This document shows, piece by piece, positions 41,278 through 50,070 of a stretch of DNA of 64,000 bases (position 1 is its first letter; each line of letters starts with the position of its first letter). The notes beneath the pieces are model-generated. The model was given only the letters and a program-made list of their open reading frames with translations. It ran no database searches and was not told the DNA's origin. The DNA lies in NCBI GenBank assembly GCA_016699105.1, contig CP064960.1, positions 1,074,715-1,138,714 of the forward strand. Direction: 5' to 3'. The position numbers and the translations under genes were made by a program. This stretch comes from a bacterium (lineage in GTDB: Bacteria; Patescibacteriota; Saccharimonadia; UBA4664).

Positions 41278-42000
41278 TTATCGAGACGGTGAGATTTGGC
41301 CGCCCCGAACTACGATGCCACGGCCGCTGAAAAACTTCTTAAATTCGTTAAAGTTCACAGCTGCGTATTCTTGGGTCTCTTTTGAAATACCAGATGGATT
41401 GTGTAGATAGAATTCTTGTTTGGGCTTATCGTAACCCACCATAAGCACAAGATGCCCGCCTTTCGTCTTGGGCTTACTGTCTGGATATCGAATCCACGGG
41501 CTAACTCCAGCGATCACAAAGTTGCCTTTGCTGAGTTCATGAGTAAGTTCCTGTAAGGTGATACCCTGAACAACTCTCGCTTTCCATCCAAGCTCTTTTT
41601 CAACGTACGAAATGTAGGGCTTGTAGTAGAGACCCGCCGAATTTTCTAGTGGCATAACGTATCCACCGTACTCGGTGCATTTTGTGCCGAGCTCAACAAG
41701 CGGCACGATCTTGCCGGTGCGGTACGCTAGAATCATCTTTGTGCAGGCCATGCCGCAGGCGCTCCAGCTCCAGTCGTGGTACTCCTTTTTAGTCTTCGCT
41801 CCTGACTTCTTCCAATTTGGGTCGTCGTCGGTACTGATTTTCTTCTCAAGAATCGATTTCGCTAGTTCGCGCGATTCCCATTGGCAAAAATATGGCACGT
41901 CTTCATAAACAAATCGATCGGGCGCGGGGAGAGGCCGTATAAAATACTTAACTCGTTTAGCGTGATGAAGTAGGTGGTTTTTTATGTTTCTCATCTGCAC
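41278..42000 (-). CDS. Peptidase C39-like (papain-fold cysteine peptidase) domain protein
   Basis: The Cys block WSACGMACTKMIL, the His block GGHLVLMVGYD and FYLHNPSG are present. Confidence 0.6.
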   Translation of the reverse strand: MQMRNIKNHLLHHAKRVKYFIRPLPAPDRFVYEDVPYFCQWESRELAKSILEKKISTDDDPNWKKSGAKTKKEYHDWSWSACGMACTKMILAYRTGKIVPLVELGTKCTEYGGYVMPLENSAGLYYKPYISYVEKELGWKARVVQGITLQELTHELSKGNFVIAGVSPWIRYPDSKPKTKGGHLVLMVGYDKPKQEFYLHNPSGISKETQEYAAVNFNEFKKFFSGRGIVVRGGQISPSR

Positions 42001-42123
42001 TCAGAATACCAGATTTAGCCGGAAAGGACTTGAACACGCATCAACAGATTACGATTACAAAAAGAAAAGTTCCAGAAATAGATTCTGGAACTTTTCTATC
42101 TGGAATATTTTGAATAATATCCT

Positions 42124-42268
42124 GGTGCGCGAGAGAGGAGGGTGGCTCAGCAAGCTTCGCCACGCTTCGCCGGATTACCGGTTCGCCCGAACCCGCATAT
42201 TTTCTGCGTCGGTTCGACTCGTTCGTTACATACCAAAGCAAAACTCCCCTGGTGGGGAGATTTGCTTT
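42124..42268. repeat. Dispersed copy of the ~145-bp tRNA-Leu-derived repeat unit
   Basis: It begins ggtgcgcgagagaggag and ends with the hairpin aaagcaaaactcccctggtggggagatttgcttt. Further copies are at 42891..43030 (truncated), 44767..44915 (plus a partial copy at 44916..44931) and 45825..45984 (divergent, adjacent to tRNA-Leu CAG). Confidence 0.75.
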
Positions 42269-42306
42269 GGTGCGCGAGTGCGACGTTAGCTGGAACTAAA
42301 TTGAGG

Positions 42307-42840
42307 CTAGTTTTGCGCCCGTCCGTTCATGAGGAATTCATAGGTAGCGTCGCAACGGAGTTTCTGAGCGCTAACCTGTCCCTCAACGAAGGCCGGATCG
42401 GTGCGGATATCAATTTGGATGGGGTCGCGATCGGTATATTCAATGAGTAGGCGAGCGGGGTCATAGTTCCAGGTTACTTTCTCAATCGTACAGTACCCGA
42501 ATGCGGCGATGATATCGTCGTTGCGGGCATTGCGTTGAATATTACTCTGTAGGAAGAAAGCAGCCGAGATGGAGCCGAAAGTTAGGGTTAACCAAAAGAG
42601 GCCAAGATAGACATTAAGAATTCTAGGGTGCGTCTTTAGCCACCGCCCCAATAGTATGCTTAGCGCGAGAAAGGTAATGGCGCCAATTAAATATGCTAGT
42701 GCAGCTACCACGCTCAGGCCGCTGTCGGTACCCGTGACCGTGATTGTCGTATATATGGTTAATCCGACAAGCACAATTGTAATGGCGGTCAGAAACCAAA
42801 TATAAACTTTCCAGCTTTGGAGAAACCGCATGATAACCAT
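42307..42840 (-). CDS. Integral membrane protein (4 TM)
   Basis: 177 aa with 4 hydrophobic helices. Confidence 0.45.
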   Translation of the reverse strand: MVIMRFLQSWKVYIWFLTAITIVLVGLTIYTTITVTGTDSGLSVVAALAYLIGAITFLALSILLGRWLKTHPRILNVYLGLFWLTLTFGSISAAFFLQSNIQRNARNDDIIAAFGYCTIEKVTWNYDPARLLIEYTDRDPIQIDIRTDPAFVEGQVSAQKLRCDATYEFLMNGRAQN

Positions 42841-43018
42841 AGGATTATTCTAGCGCATATAATCAAATTATCCCCGGCGGATTAGGCCTTGGTGCGCGAG
42901 AGAGGAGGGCGTCTTGGCATAGCTTCGCCACGCTTCGCGCGATTACGCGCTCGCCCGAACCCGCATATCTTCTGCGTCGGTTCGACTCCACCACTTTTGC
43001 CTACCAATGCTACATTAG

Positions 43019-43426
43019 GTGGAGCCACATTATTCTTTTATAGTTAATATCATAGCCTATGAGATGCATCTGACGAGGTATAATTCGACTATGGATCAGA
43101 CTGCTCCACCTACTTTATGCGAATCAAAAGCTGAGACGCCGAAGCAAGTCGTAAGCTTAGGCACTATAGCAGACTATCTAGTTAGCTACACACAAAAGTA
43201 CAGACAAGAATACGCTAGGCTAATCGAGGCACCCCCGAAAGGGGCTGGCTTCCCTGATATCGTTAAATCACCTTATCTTGAGCGCAGCAATGTAGCATTG
43301 TATGTGGCACGTGATGGTGCTGTCTTATTGGACGCTTCAGAGCCGGAATACGATTGGTATATAGCGGGTGGACCGGCGTTTATGGTAGATTACCCCGACC
43401 TAATTCGCGTGTGCCAGAGAGTATAA
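43019..43426 (+). CDS. Hypothetical protein
   Basis: 135-aa ORF immediately upstream of the DUF4263-like gene. Confidence 0.35.
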   Translation: MEPHYSFIVNIIAYEMHLTRYNSTMDQTAPPTLCESKAETPKQVVSLGTIADYLVSYTQKYRQEYARLIEAPPKGAGFPDIVKSPYLERSNVALYVARDGAVLLDASEPEYDWYIAGGPAFMVDYPDLIRVCQRV

Positions 43427-43546
43427 AATCCATCTTGCGCTCTGCGGGAATATTGGAAAACCAATTGGGATATATCGATTGGTATTTCCGCCGGAGAAAA
43501 TTCAAATGGTAATTGGTTAACAGATTTTCCGGCTGCTGTAGACCAA

Positions 43547-44518
43547 TTGTCGGTCTCAGTCCCTGACGGACCACAATTTAAGATCTTGAAGTTAGATGTG
43601 CCGTGGAATGAGCTGATTTCTCAACTAACCTTCGGCGCTTACGGCCCAATTCTTGATGTGCATTTGCCCTCTACCTCGAATATCAACTTCTGGCAGCCGA
43701 TGATCGTAAGAAAGCTGGGTTTTCTTACGGCCGATCGTGAGCATCGGAGATTTTTGCAGTATGCCGAATTTATTCGTCATACTGAGGACGCTGCATGGGA
43801 TAAAAGGGGTATTTGGGCTCGATCGAAGCTTGACGTTCAAAGAGACCTTGCAAATGCAATTGCAATGTCAGAAAAAGATGGGGCTACGATGTCATTCGGC
43901 GAAAATCAACATGATGTACTCATCCAAATTAGGGATCGACTTGCTCGCCTAGAGACAGCCGTAAAGGGGCTTGAGGAGCTGCTACTAAAGGACCCCGGGG
44001 ACGATGAACGGCTCTACCAGAAGTTTCTTGAAGATAATCCATTACTGATAGATATATATGGCGAGGTAATACCTAGGCCACGGCTTGTATATCCGAGAGA
44101 TACGTCACCCTTAGGTAAGACATATATTGAGCCCGATTTCATAGTGCGTAGACCAGGGAATCGGTATCGCTTAATTGAAATTGAACGCCCTTCAAAGAAG
44201 ATGGCCACAAAAGCCGGGCAAGCGCGTGCCGAGACAACGCAAGCTTCATTTCAAATCTCGGAGTTTAAGGATTTTATTAAAGAGCACCACGATGTTATCA
44301 AGGATAGATTTCCGGGAATCCATCGGGCGACAACAAGTACTATCATTATCAGTCGAGCTACTGAAGAGAGTTTTGGTGGTAGGTCCAATATAAGAAGGCA
44401 GCTCTTGCTTCTCGAGAGCCAACTGGGAGTAGAAGAGCTTCTGACGTATGATGATCTATTATCTCAGGCCAAAGTTGCATTACAACAACTTGCTGGTATC
44501 ACACCAGATGTTAGCTAG
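43547..44518 (+). CDS. Shedu/DUF4263-like PD-(D/E)xK-fold nuclease candidate
   Basis: The C-terminal block ERLYQKFLEDNPLLIDIYGEVIPRPRLVYPRDTSPLGKTYIEPDFIVRRPGNRYRLIEIERPS resembles the DUF4263 pattern (FLe.nPwLl ... PDF.l ... vvElKrp). The canonical Lys is replaced (EIER), so activity is uncertain. Confidence 0.4.
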   Translation: MSVSVPDGPQFKILKLDVPWNELISQLTFGAYGPILDVHLPSTSNINFWQPMIVRKLGFLTADREHRRFLQYAEFIRHTEDAAWDKRGIWARSKLDVQRDLANAIAMSEKDGATMSFGENQHDVLIQIRDRLARLETAVKGLEELLLKDPGDDERLYQKFLEDNPLLIDIYGEVIPRPRLVYPRDTSPLGKTYIEPDFIVRRPGNRYRLIEIERPSKKMATKAGQARAETTQASFQISEFKDFIKEHHDVIKDRFPGIHRATTSTIIISRATEESFGGRSNIRRQLLLLESQLGVEELLTYDDLLSQAKVALQQLAGITPDVS

Positions 44519-45108
44519 ACTGGCCTGAATGATCGTCATGGGTCAAGAATCCACCGGGGAATATTGACGATCTAGGGCCTTCTGGTGGAACAACAGTCAG
44601 ATTGACTACTCCGTACCTGTAACCCACTAACTAAAGCCGAGTATTTTGGGGTAATTTTCGATAAGGTTCCAACCTACCAAGAAATAGTTGATGGAACCAA
44701 AAATACCAGCCTTGTACCCGATATAAATCAGATATTTCAGCTGGCATTCTTGCCAAATAATTCATTGGTGCGCGAGAGAGGAGTGTGTCTCGGCATAGCC
44801 TCACCACGCTTCGCATGATTACATGCTCGCCCGAACCAGCTTTTTTATTATTGTGTCGGTTCGACTCGTTCGTTACCTACCAAAGCAAAACTCCCCTGGC
44901 GGGGAGGTTTGCTTTGGTGCGCGAAGTGACCTCAATTTGGAACACATTACAACCTCAATTGGTTGCTCTGGATAGTAAGCTAGGAGGATTTGGGCTTCAA
45001 ATCATTGAAGGGAAGACTACCTATCCTGAAGCATCAAACGAATTTGAGGACTCGGGGTAGGCCCGGCCCCGCGTCAGAATCAACACGGGAGCCGGGGCGG
45101 ACATGAGG

Positions 45109-45606
45109 TCAGGCAGCGGCGCCGTTGGTGTATGTCGTCCGGGCGTCGCCCCATCCATCTCCGGAGTACACGCCTTCGAGGGCGCCCATCGCCTGGAGTA
45201 GGATCATCGCGACCTTGAGGCGCAGGATAGCCACCTCGTCGTGATGATGATCAGCCAGAACGCTCTCGATGGTCCACACTTGCGTGTAGTCAGCCCAGCG
45301 GAGCCAATCTGGCATTGCGCAAAGCACTCGCCCGAGGGCGGCCGGCGCGAGCCGCCCAGCCCGATCGAGTGCGACTTCAGCAGCTTTGCTGTCGCGACCA
45401 CGATTGGTCGCCAGCTCACAGGGCTCGAAAGCCCAACGCGACTGAATACCGCCGGCGATCTCGAGAAGATGCCGAATATCTGCTTCCTCGCTCATGGAAG
45501 TGTCCCTCTCTAGAGCGTTGGCCTGGAACCTGATTTCCTGGGCCGGATTACCACCACTGTGCTTCAGTAGCAATAAGCCGGCCAGGACTCTCATATCAAA
45601 ATTCAA
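45109..45606 (-). CDS. Hypothetical protein in a GC-rich (~60% GC) segment
   Basis: The 165-aa ORF has markedly higher GC than its flanks. It is bounded by repeat copies at 44767..44931 and 45825..45984. Confidence 0.4.
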   Translation of the reverse strand: MNFDMRVLAGLLLLKHSGGNPAQEIRFQANALERDTSMSEEADIRHLLEIAGGIQSRWAFEPCELATNRGRDSKAAEVALDRAGRLAPAALGRVLCAMPDWLRWADYTQVWTIESVLADHHHDEVAILRLKVAMILLQAMGALEGVYSGDGWGDARTTYTNGAAA

Positions 45607-45984
45607 CCTTTACGATTGAATGATGACTATTTTAGCATAAGTAGTACGTTTTGTCAAATATTGTGCTCAAACGAGCGCCTGCAGTGCATCGATTTTCATA
45701 GCCCAAAAGAGGAGTCGAACCCATGATTTTGCATAAGCCAAGCCATAATAAGCAAAACGGCCCCAAGATAAAGTATTATCTGGAACCGTTTTGTGGCTTG
45801 AGGGAGCCATATAATAACTTGGTGCGCGAGAGAGGAGTGAGGCTAAAGCCTCCTCCCTGCGGTGCTCGCAAAATAGCCGAGCAAGCTCGGCTATTTTGCT
45901 GCGCTCCTCGTCTACCGAACCTACGGTTCTCCCCTTTTTCTCCTACCATAGTAAAAACCCGACCTCGTGTCGGGTTTTTACTAT

Positions 45985-46069
45985 GGTGCGCGAGAGAGGA
46001 GTCGAACCTCCACACCGTTGCCGGCACTAGAACCTGAATCTAGCGTGTCTACCATTCCACCACTCGCGC
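45985..46069 (-). tRNA. tRNA-Leu (anticodon CAG), CCA encoded
   Basis: The reverse complement folds as GCGCGAG-TG-GTGGAATGGTAGACAC-G-CTAGA-TTCAGGT-TCTAG-TGCCGGCAACGGTGT-GGAGG-TTCGACT-CCTCT-CTCGCGC-A-CCA. A terminator hairpin aaaaacccgacacgaggtcgggttttt follows. Confidence 0.85.
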
Positions 46070-46106
46070 AAAGTGGGTTTGTACGACAGTCACAATAGCA
46101 TAAATA

Positions 46107-47864
46107 TCAGGGTGAGACAAACCGTTGGTTGACTGTCCAACGTTCTACTTGGTAGTAGCGGTCGGCGGGCGTAACTAAGCGCTTGGCGGTCAAGCCAGCG
46201 GCGCTGGAGCGTTGCCCGTAAACGTATACTCGTTGATAAAGTACGGCCGCGGGAGCGTCGGCATTCCATTGCCGTAAAAAGGTTTCATATTTACCTTTGC
46301 GGATGAGGTCGTCGGACTTGAGCCGGCCGGTTTCGAGTGCCCGGTCAGCTTCGGTCGACTTGTATTGTGATAAGTTGAGGCCGGGATCGGCAACCTGGCT
46401 GGAGTGCCAAAATGAATAGACGTCAGGGTCAGAACCGAGATTTATACTAAATAACAACATCTGGAATGATCGCGGGCGAATGTACGATTGTTGGAGCTCA
46501 TCTCGTCCTAGGAGTATTAAATCGACGCCAATACCGACGGCGGCGAGTTGGCTTTTGATCTGACTAGCGGCAGCTTCGAGTTCGCCACCGGATATGGTAG
46601 CTAGTTTGAGTACCAGTGGTTTGTTGTCCTTTTTCCTGATATTGTCGCCAGCCGGTAGACCCCAGCCAACGGCGGCTAATTCAGCAGCAGCACCCTTATC
46701 ATCAAGCGGAGCAAATTGATACTTGTTGGTGTAACCGATTTGGCCGGGTAGTAATGGCTGCGACAATGCCTGGCCATAGCCTTTGGTGGCTGAATCGACG
46801 AGCTGTCCCCGATCCAAGTACCGGCTGATAATTAGGCGGAGGCGCTTGTCCGACAATATCGGATCGGCATTATCAAAGAAAAGAACTGTCTCTTCCGGAA
46901 GCGTATAAGTGCCAAGTCGTAGCTGATCGTCTACCAAATAACGACTGTCGAGGCTGGCTGGCATGACTCGACCTGGAGATGTCACTTGGCGAGCAGCAAA
47001 TGCTTCGAGGGCGGCTTCTGCAGTATCATATAATCGAAACTCAAAGCCATCGAGTTGTGGCTGACCATGGTGGTAATCTTGAAAAGCTTCCAATTCTATC
47101 GTATGTGCTGATGGCGCGAATGTCTTCATTTTGAATGGTCCGGTGCCGATGGGTTCTTGGGCAAAGGCCGCTTCGCGCAACGATGTTGGTTCAACCGATT
47201 CTAGAATGTGCCGGGGCAATATGCCGACCGTGGTGGAATCGAGAAACGATGTCAGTGGTTGGGGAATTTTGAAGACGACAGTTTGAGAGTCCGGCGTTTC
47301 ATAGGTGACGCCCTGCCAACTGGAAGCCAAGGGCGAGTGCGAATCGGGATTTTGAATGGCAGTTAAGGTAAATTCAACGTCAGCAGCTGTCAGGTCTTGC
47401 CCGTCATGCCATTTAACACCTTCACGGATATGAAATGTATAGGTACGGCCGTCAGCAGATACCTCCCAGTTTGCTAAATCGGGTACAATTTGGCCGAGCG
47501 AATTGTAACGTGTCAATCCGCTAAATATCAATCTACTTATGTCCTGAGAAAGTGCGGATTCGGGCAGAATTGGATTAATACCGCGAACAGAACCGACAGC
47601 TGCCTCAATATAAACGCCACCAGGATCGGCCACCGCTTGCCGAGCTAAGCGGTTAACAAGCTGGAACTGGCTCACTAGTCCACCAATAGCGATAATAATC
47701 AGTAACCACCAGCCAAGCAAAAACCGGCGAATGAGTCCGGCTTGGCGCCATTTGCCCCAGATATATTGTTGTGAATAACCTTGTAAGCCTATAATTACTT
47801 GTCTCAGCCAACGACGCCACGATCGCCAGGCGCGCCGGTACCGAAATTGTAAGTAACTAAACAT
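46107..47864 (-). CDS. ABC transporter substrate-binding protein, family 5 (peptide/oligopeptide-binding)
   Basis: 585 aa with an N-terminal TM anchor. SBP_bac_5-like blocks (...TFHIREGVKWHDGQDLTAADVEFT...) are present. Confidence 0.75.
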   Translation of the reverse strand: MFSYLQFRYRRAWRSWRRWLRQVIIGLQGYSQQYIWGKWRQAGLIRRFLLGWWLLIIIAIGGLVSQFQLVNRLARQAVADPGGVYIEAAVGSVRGINPILPESALSQDISRLIFSGLTRYNSLGQIVPDLANWEVSADGRTYTFHIREGVKWHDGQDLTAADVEFTLTAIQNPDSHSPLASSWQGVTYETPDSQTVVFKIPQPLTSFLDSTTVGILPRHILESVEPTSLREAAFAQEPIGTGPFKMKTFAPSAHTIELEAFQDYHHGQPQLDGFEFRLYDTAEAALEAFAARQVTSPGRVMPASLDSRYLVDDQLRLGTYTLPEETVLFFDNADPILSDKRLRLIISRYLDRGQLVDSATKGYGQALSQPLLPGQIGYTNKYQFAPLDDKGAAAELAAVGWGLPAGDNIRKKDNKPLVLKLATISGGELEAAASQIKSQLAAVGIGVDLILLGRDELQQSYIRPRSFQMLLFSINLGSDPDVYSFWHSSQVADPGLNLSQYKSTEADRALETGRLKSDDLIRKGKYETFLRQWNADAPAAVLYQRVYVYGQRSSAAGLTAKRLVTPADRYYQVERWTVNQRFVSP

Positions 47865-47885
47865 CAGTTAATAAAGCCTAGAATA

Positions 47886-48107
47886 TCAGCTTTTGGCCAT
47901 GATACTTAGGATAGCTGACAGTACAAAAATAACGCCAAGGATGATAGTCGCATTAAATAATACCGCTTCAGAACCGCGTCGCGACCGGTAAAAGCTGGTC
48001 TCGCCACCAAAGGTTGAGCCCAGGCTTTGGCCACGAGTCTGAGCTAAGATAGCTATCATCATGAGAATGGCCGAGGATACGGTGAGGATGTTGAAAAAGT
48101 TACGCAC
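47886..48107 (-). CDS. secG: Preprotein translocase subunit SecG
   Basis: 73 aa with two TM helices and ILAQTRGQSLGSTFGGE. Confidence 0.6.
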   Translation of the reverse strand: MRNFFNILTVSSAILMMIAILAQTRGQSLGSTFGGETSFYRSRRGSEAVLFNATIILGVIFVLSAILSIMAKS

Positions 48108-48459
48108 GTTTGGGCTCCAATAAATCAGTTAGCAGGTAGTTCACGATCCAGATAATAACGGTCGCGATGACCGCTGTCCAGAAGGATCGTAAGTAAAAGG
48201 CCGGATATATCTTAGTCACCAGATAGAGCATGCCGGCATTGATGACCAAAGTAAATAATCCGAGCGTCAGTACGATAGCTGGCAATGAAAGTAGTACGAT
48301 AACTGGCCGAATGACCGCATTGACCAACGAAAAAATGACGGCTGTGATGGCCAAAACTTGCCATGACGACTGGTAATTGATACTTCCGGTCATGAGCTCA
48401 GCGGCAGCCCATAGACCCAAGAAGTTAACCAGTACCCGCAATGTAAATTGCCGTATCAT
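48100..48459 (-). CDS. Phage-holin-4_2 / DUF360 family membrane protein
   Basis: 119 aa with 4 TM helices. The block SLVNAVIRPVIVLLSLPAIVLTLGLFTLVINAGML is typical of this family. Confidence 0.5.
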   Translation of the reverse strand: MIRQFTLRVLVNFLGLWAAAELMTGSINYQSSWQVLAITAVIFSLVNAVIRPVIVLLSLPAIVLTLGLFTLVINAGMLYLVTKIYPAFYLRSFWTAVIATVIIWIVNYLLTDLLEPKRA

Positions 48460-48471
48460 ATCGTTCTTGTA

Positions 48472-49629
48472 TTATACCACTTCAGGACCACTCGAGAGCA
48501 ATTCATAACCGTCAGCCGTGATAAGGATGTCATCTTCGAGCCGGACCCCAATGCCTTCATCGCGTACGTACAAACCAGGCTCACAGGTGACAACCATGCC
48601 AGGTTCCAGTTTGGTATAGGCCGAGCCGGTATCGTGCACATCGAGGCCGAGATGGTGGGAAATGTGCGGGTAGTCCGCCAGTGTTGTCGGCAGTCCGAAC
48701 GCTTTGAGGTCTTCAATTTGGGATGCGCGCATGAGCGCGTCAATTTCAGCAATGGTAGTGCCGGGCCGATGGGCTTTTATACCAATGATTTGAGCCTTTT
48801 TGACGATATCGTAAATAGCTTGTTGGCGCTTGGTGAATGTTCCAGAAACTGGTACCGTACGAGAAATGTCGGCGGCGTACAAGCCAAATTCGGCGCCAAC
48901 GTCGAACAGGATGAGACCGTGACGAGAGGTATGTCCGGTTTTGGCTGGATAGTGGATGTAAGTGCTATTACTGTCGGCTGCTACAATGGGGTCAAATGAT
49001 AACCGAGCGCCGGCCGATAACATCGAGCCGATGAGTATGCCCTCGAGTTCAAACTCAGATTGATTGGGTTTAAGTGCGGCTACCGCTACTTGAATCGCCT
49101 GCTCAGTAATGGCAGCAGCGCGCCGGATGAGATCAATTTCAACTGGTTGTTTGATGAGCCTGAGTTGGTCAAGCGCGGGCAAGACCGATGACAGTGCAAT
49201 CGTGGGAAATTGCTGGCGCAGGTTTCGGGCGCGCTCATCATCATTGACGCTGACGTTGGGGAAACGGCTCGTTAATCGTGACAGGTAAAAAGGTAGGTCA
49301 TTGAGTGGCAACACCGAGGCCACACCGCTCATGTCGCTGGCCTGCTCAGGTGCCAGACGGGGCCCTTGCCATTGGCTCGTGTGGTTCGAATCTCCCGATA
49401 TAAATAATAACTCGCGGGCCTTGGGGTTGGACTGACCTGGAGCCAATATTAGGACTGCTTGAGCTTCAGAGATGCCAGTCAGGTAATAGAAGTTGGAGTC
49501 GGGGCGGTATGGGTACTCATAATCACCACGCCTGGTAATGGTGGCGGCAGTATCGATAATAGCGATGGCGTCGTCACCGATGTGCTTGGCAAATGCCTGG
49601 CGGTTTTGCGTATGGAATTGGGGCGTCAT
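48472..49629 (-). CDS. pepP: Xaa-Pro aminopeptidase (M24B)
   Basis: The M24 metal-ligand blocks are present: FDVGAEFGLYAADISRT, HHLGLDVHD and the EPG...E...D stretch. Confidence 0.8.
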   Translation of the reverse strand: MTPQFHTQNRQAFAKHIGDDAIAIIDTAATITRRGDYEYPYRPDSNFYYLTGISEAQAVLILAPGQSNPKARELLFISGDSNHTSQWQGPRLAPEQASDMSGVASVLPLNDLPFYLSRLTSRFPNVSVNDDERARNLRQQFPTIALSSVLPALDQLRLIKQPVEIDLIRRAAAITEQAIQVAVAALKPNQSEFELEGILIGSMLSAGARLSFDPIVAADSNSTYIHYPAKTGHTSRHGLILFDVGAEFGLYAADISRTVPVSGTFTKRQQAIYDIVKKAQIIGIKAHRPGTTIAEIDALMRASQIEDLKAFGLPTTLADYPHISHHLGLDVHDTGSAYTKLEPGMVVTCEPGLYVRDEGIGVRLEDDILITADGYELLSSGPEVV

Positions 49630-49982
49630 GGTCGGGTGTCGTTTATGAGTTCTAGTATACGGTCATCATAGAGACTGTAACAGACGGCAGTTCCGAGTCG
49701 TCGCGAATCGACTATGCGAGCCCGCTGTAAATATCGTAAATGCCTGGATATCGATGCATACGATGATGACAACTCACTGACTAGTACTCCGACTGACAAT
49801 TCACCGCCTTCAAGCAATTTAATAATGCGCAATCTGTCGGTGTTACTGACCGCTTTAAAGATCTCGGCAAGTCGATTGAGCTTGCGTTCTTGATCTTCAA
49901 ATATAAGTTTGTCGAACGGCAATTCAACTTCCCGATTATTGTAGGCGTCAATAATTAACTCGTATGGCGTGGGGACTGTCAT
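49626..49982 (-). CDS. ArsR/SmtB-family transcriptional regulator
   Basis: The HTH block NTDRLRIIKLLEGGELSVGVLVSELSSSYASISRHLRYLQRARIV is present. Confidence 0.65.
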   Translation of the reverse strand: MTVPTPYELIIDAYNNREVELPFDKLIFEDQERKLNRLAEIFKAVSNTDRLRIIKLLEGGELSVGVLVSELSSSYASISRHLRYLQRARIVDSRRLGTAVCYSLYDDRILELINDTRP

Positions 49983-50070
49983 AATTTTGCGAAATAAAAT
50001 TTAGATCTGGTTTCAAAACTTAAATTATCTATTTAACAAAAATAGATAATAACGATTTCGGGACAAGTGT

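Noticed and set aside
45060-45108. GC-rich near-palindrome downstream of the 45109..45606 gene as a terminator
   Set aside because: The two arms (ccggccccgc / gccggggcgg) are not true reverse complements. No convincing stem-plus-T-tract is present.
28025-46069. Search for an integrase or recombinase to explain the att-like repeats
   Set aside because: No ORF with tyrosine-recombinase (R..H..R..Y) or serine-recombinase features was found. The absence is reported rather than forcing a call on the 364-aa or 323-aa unknown ORFs.
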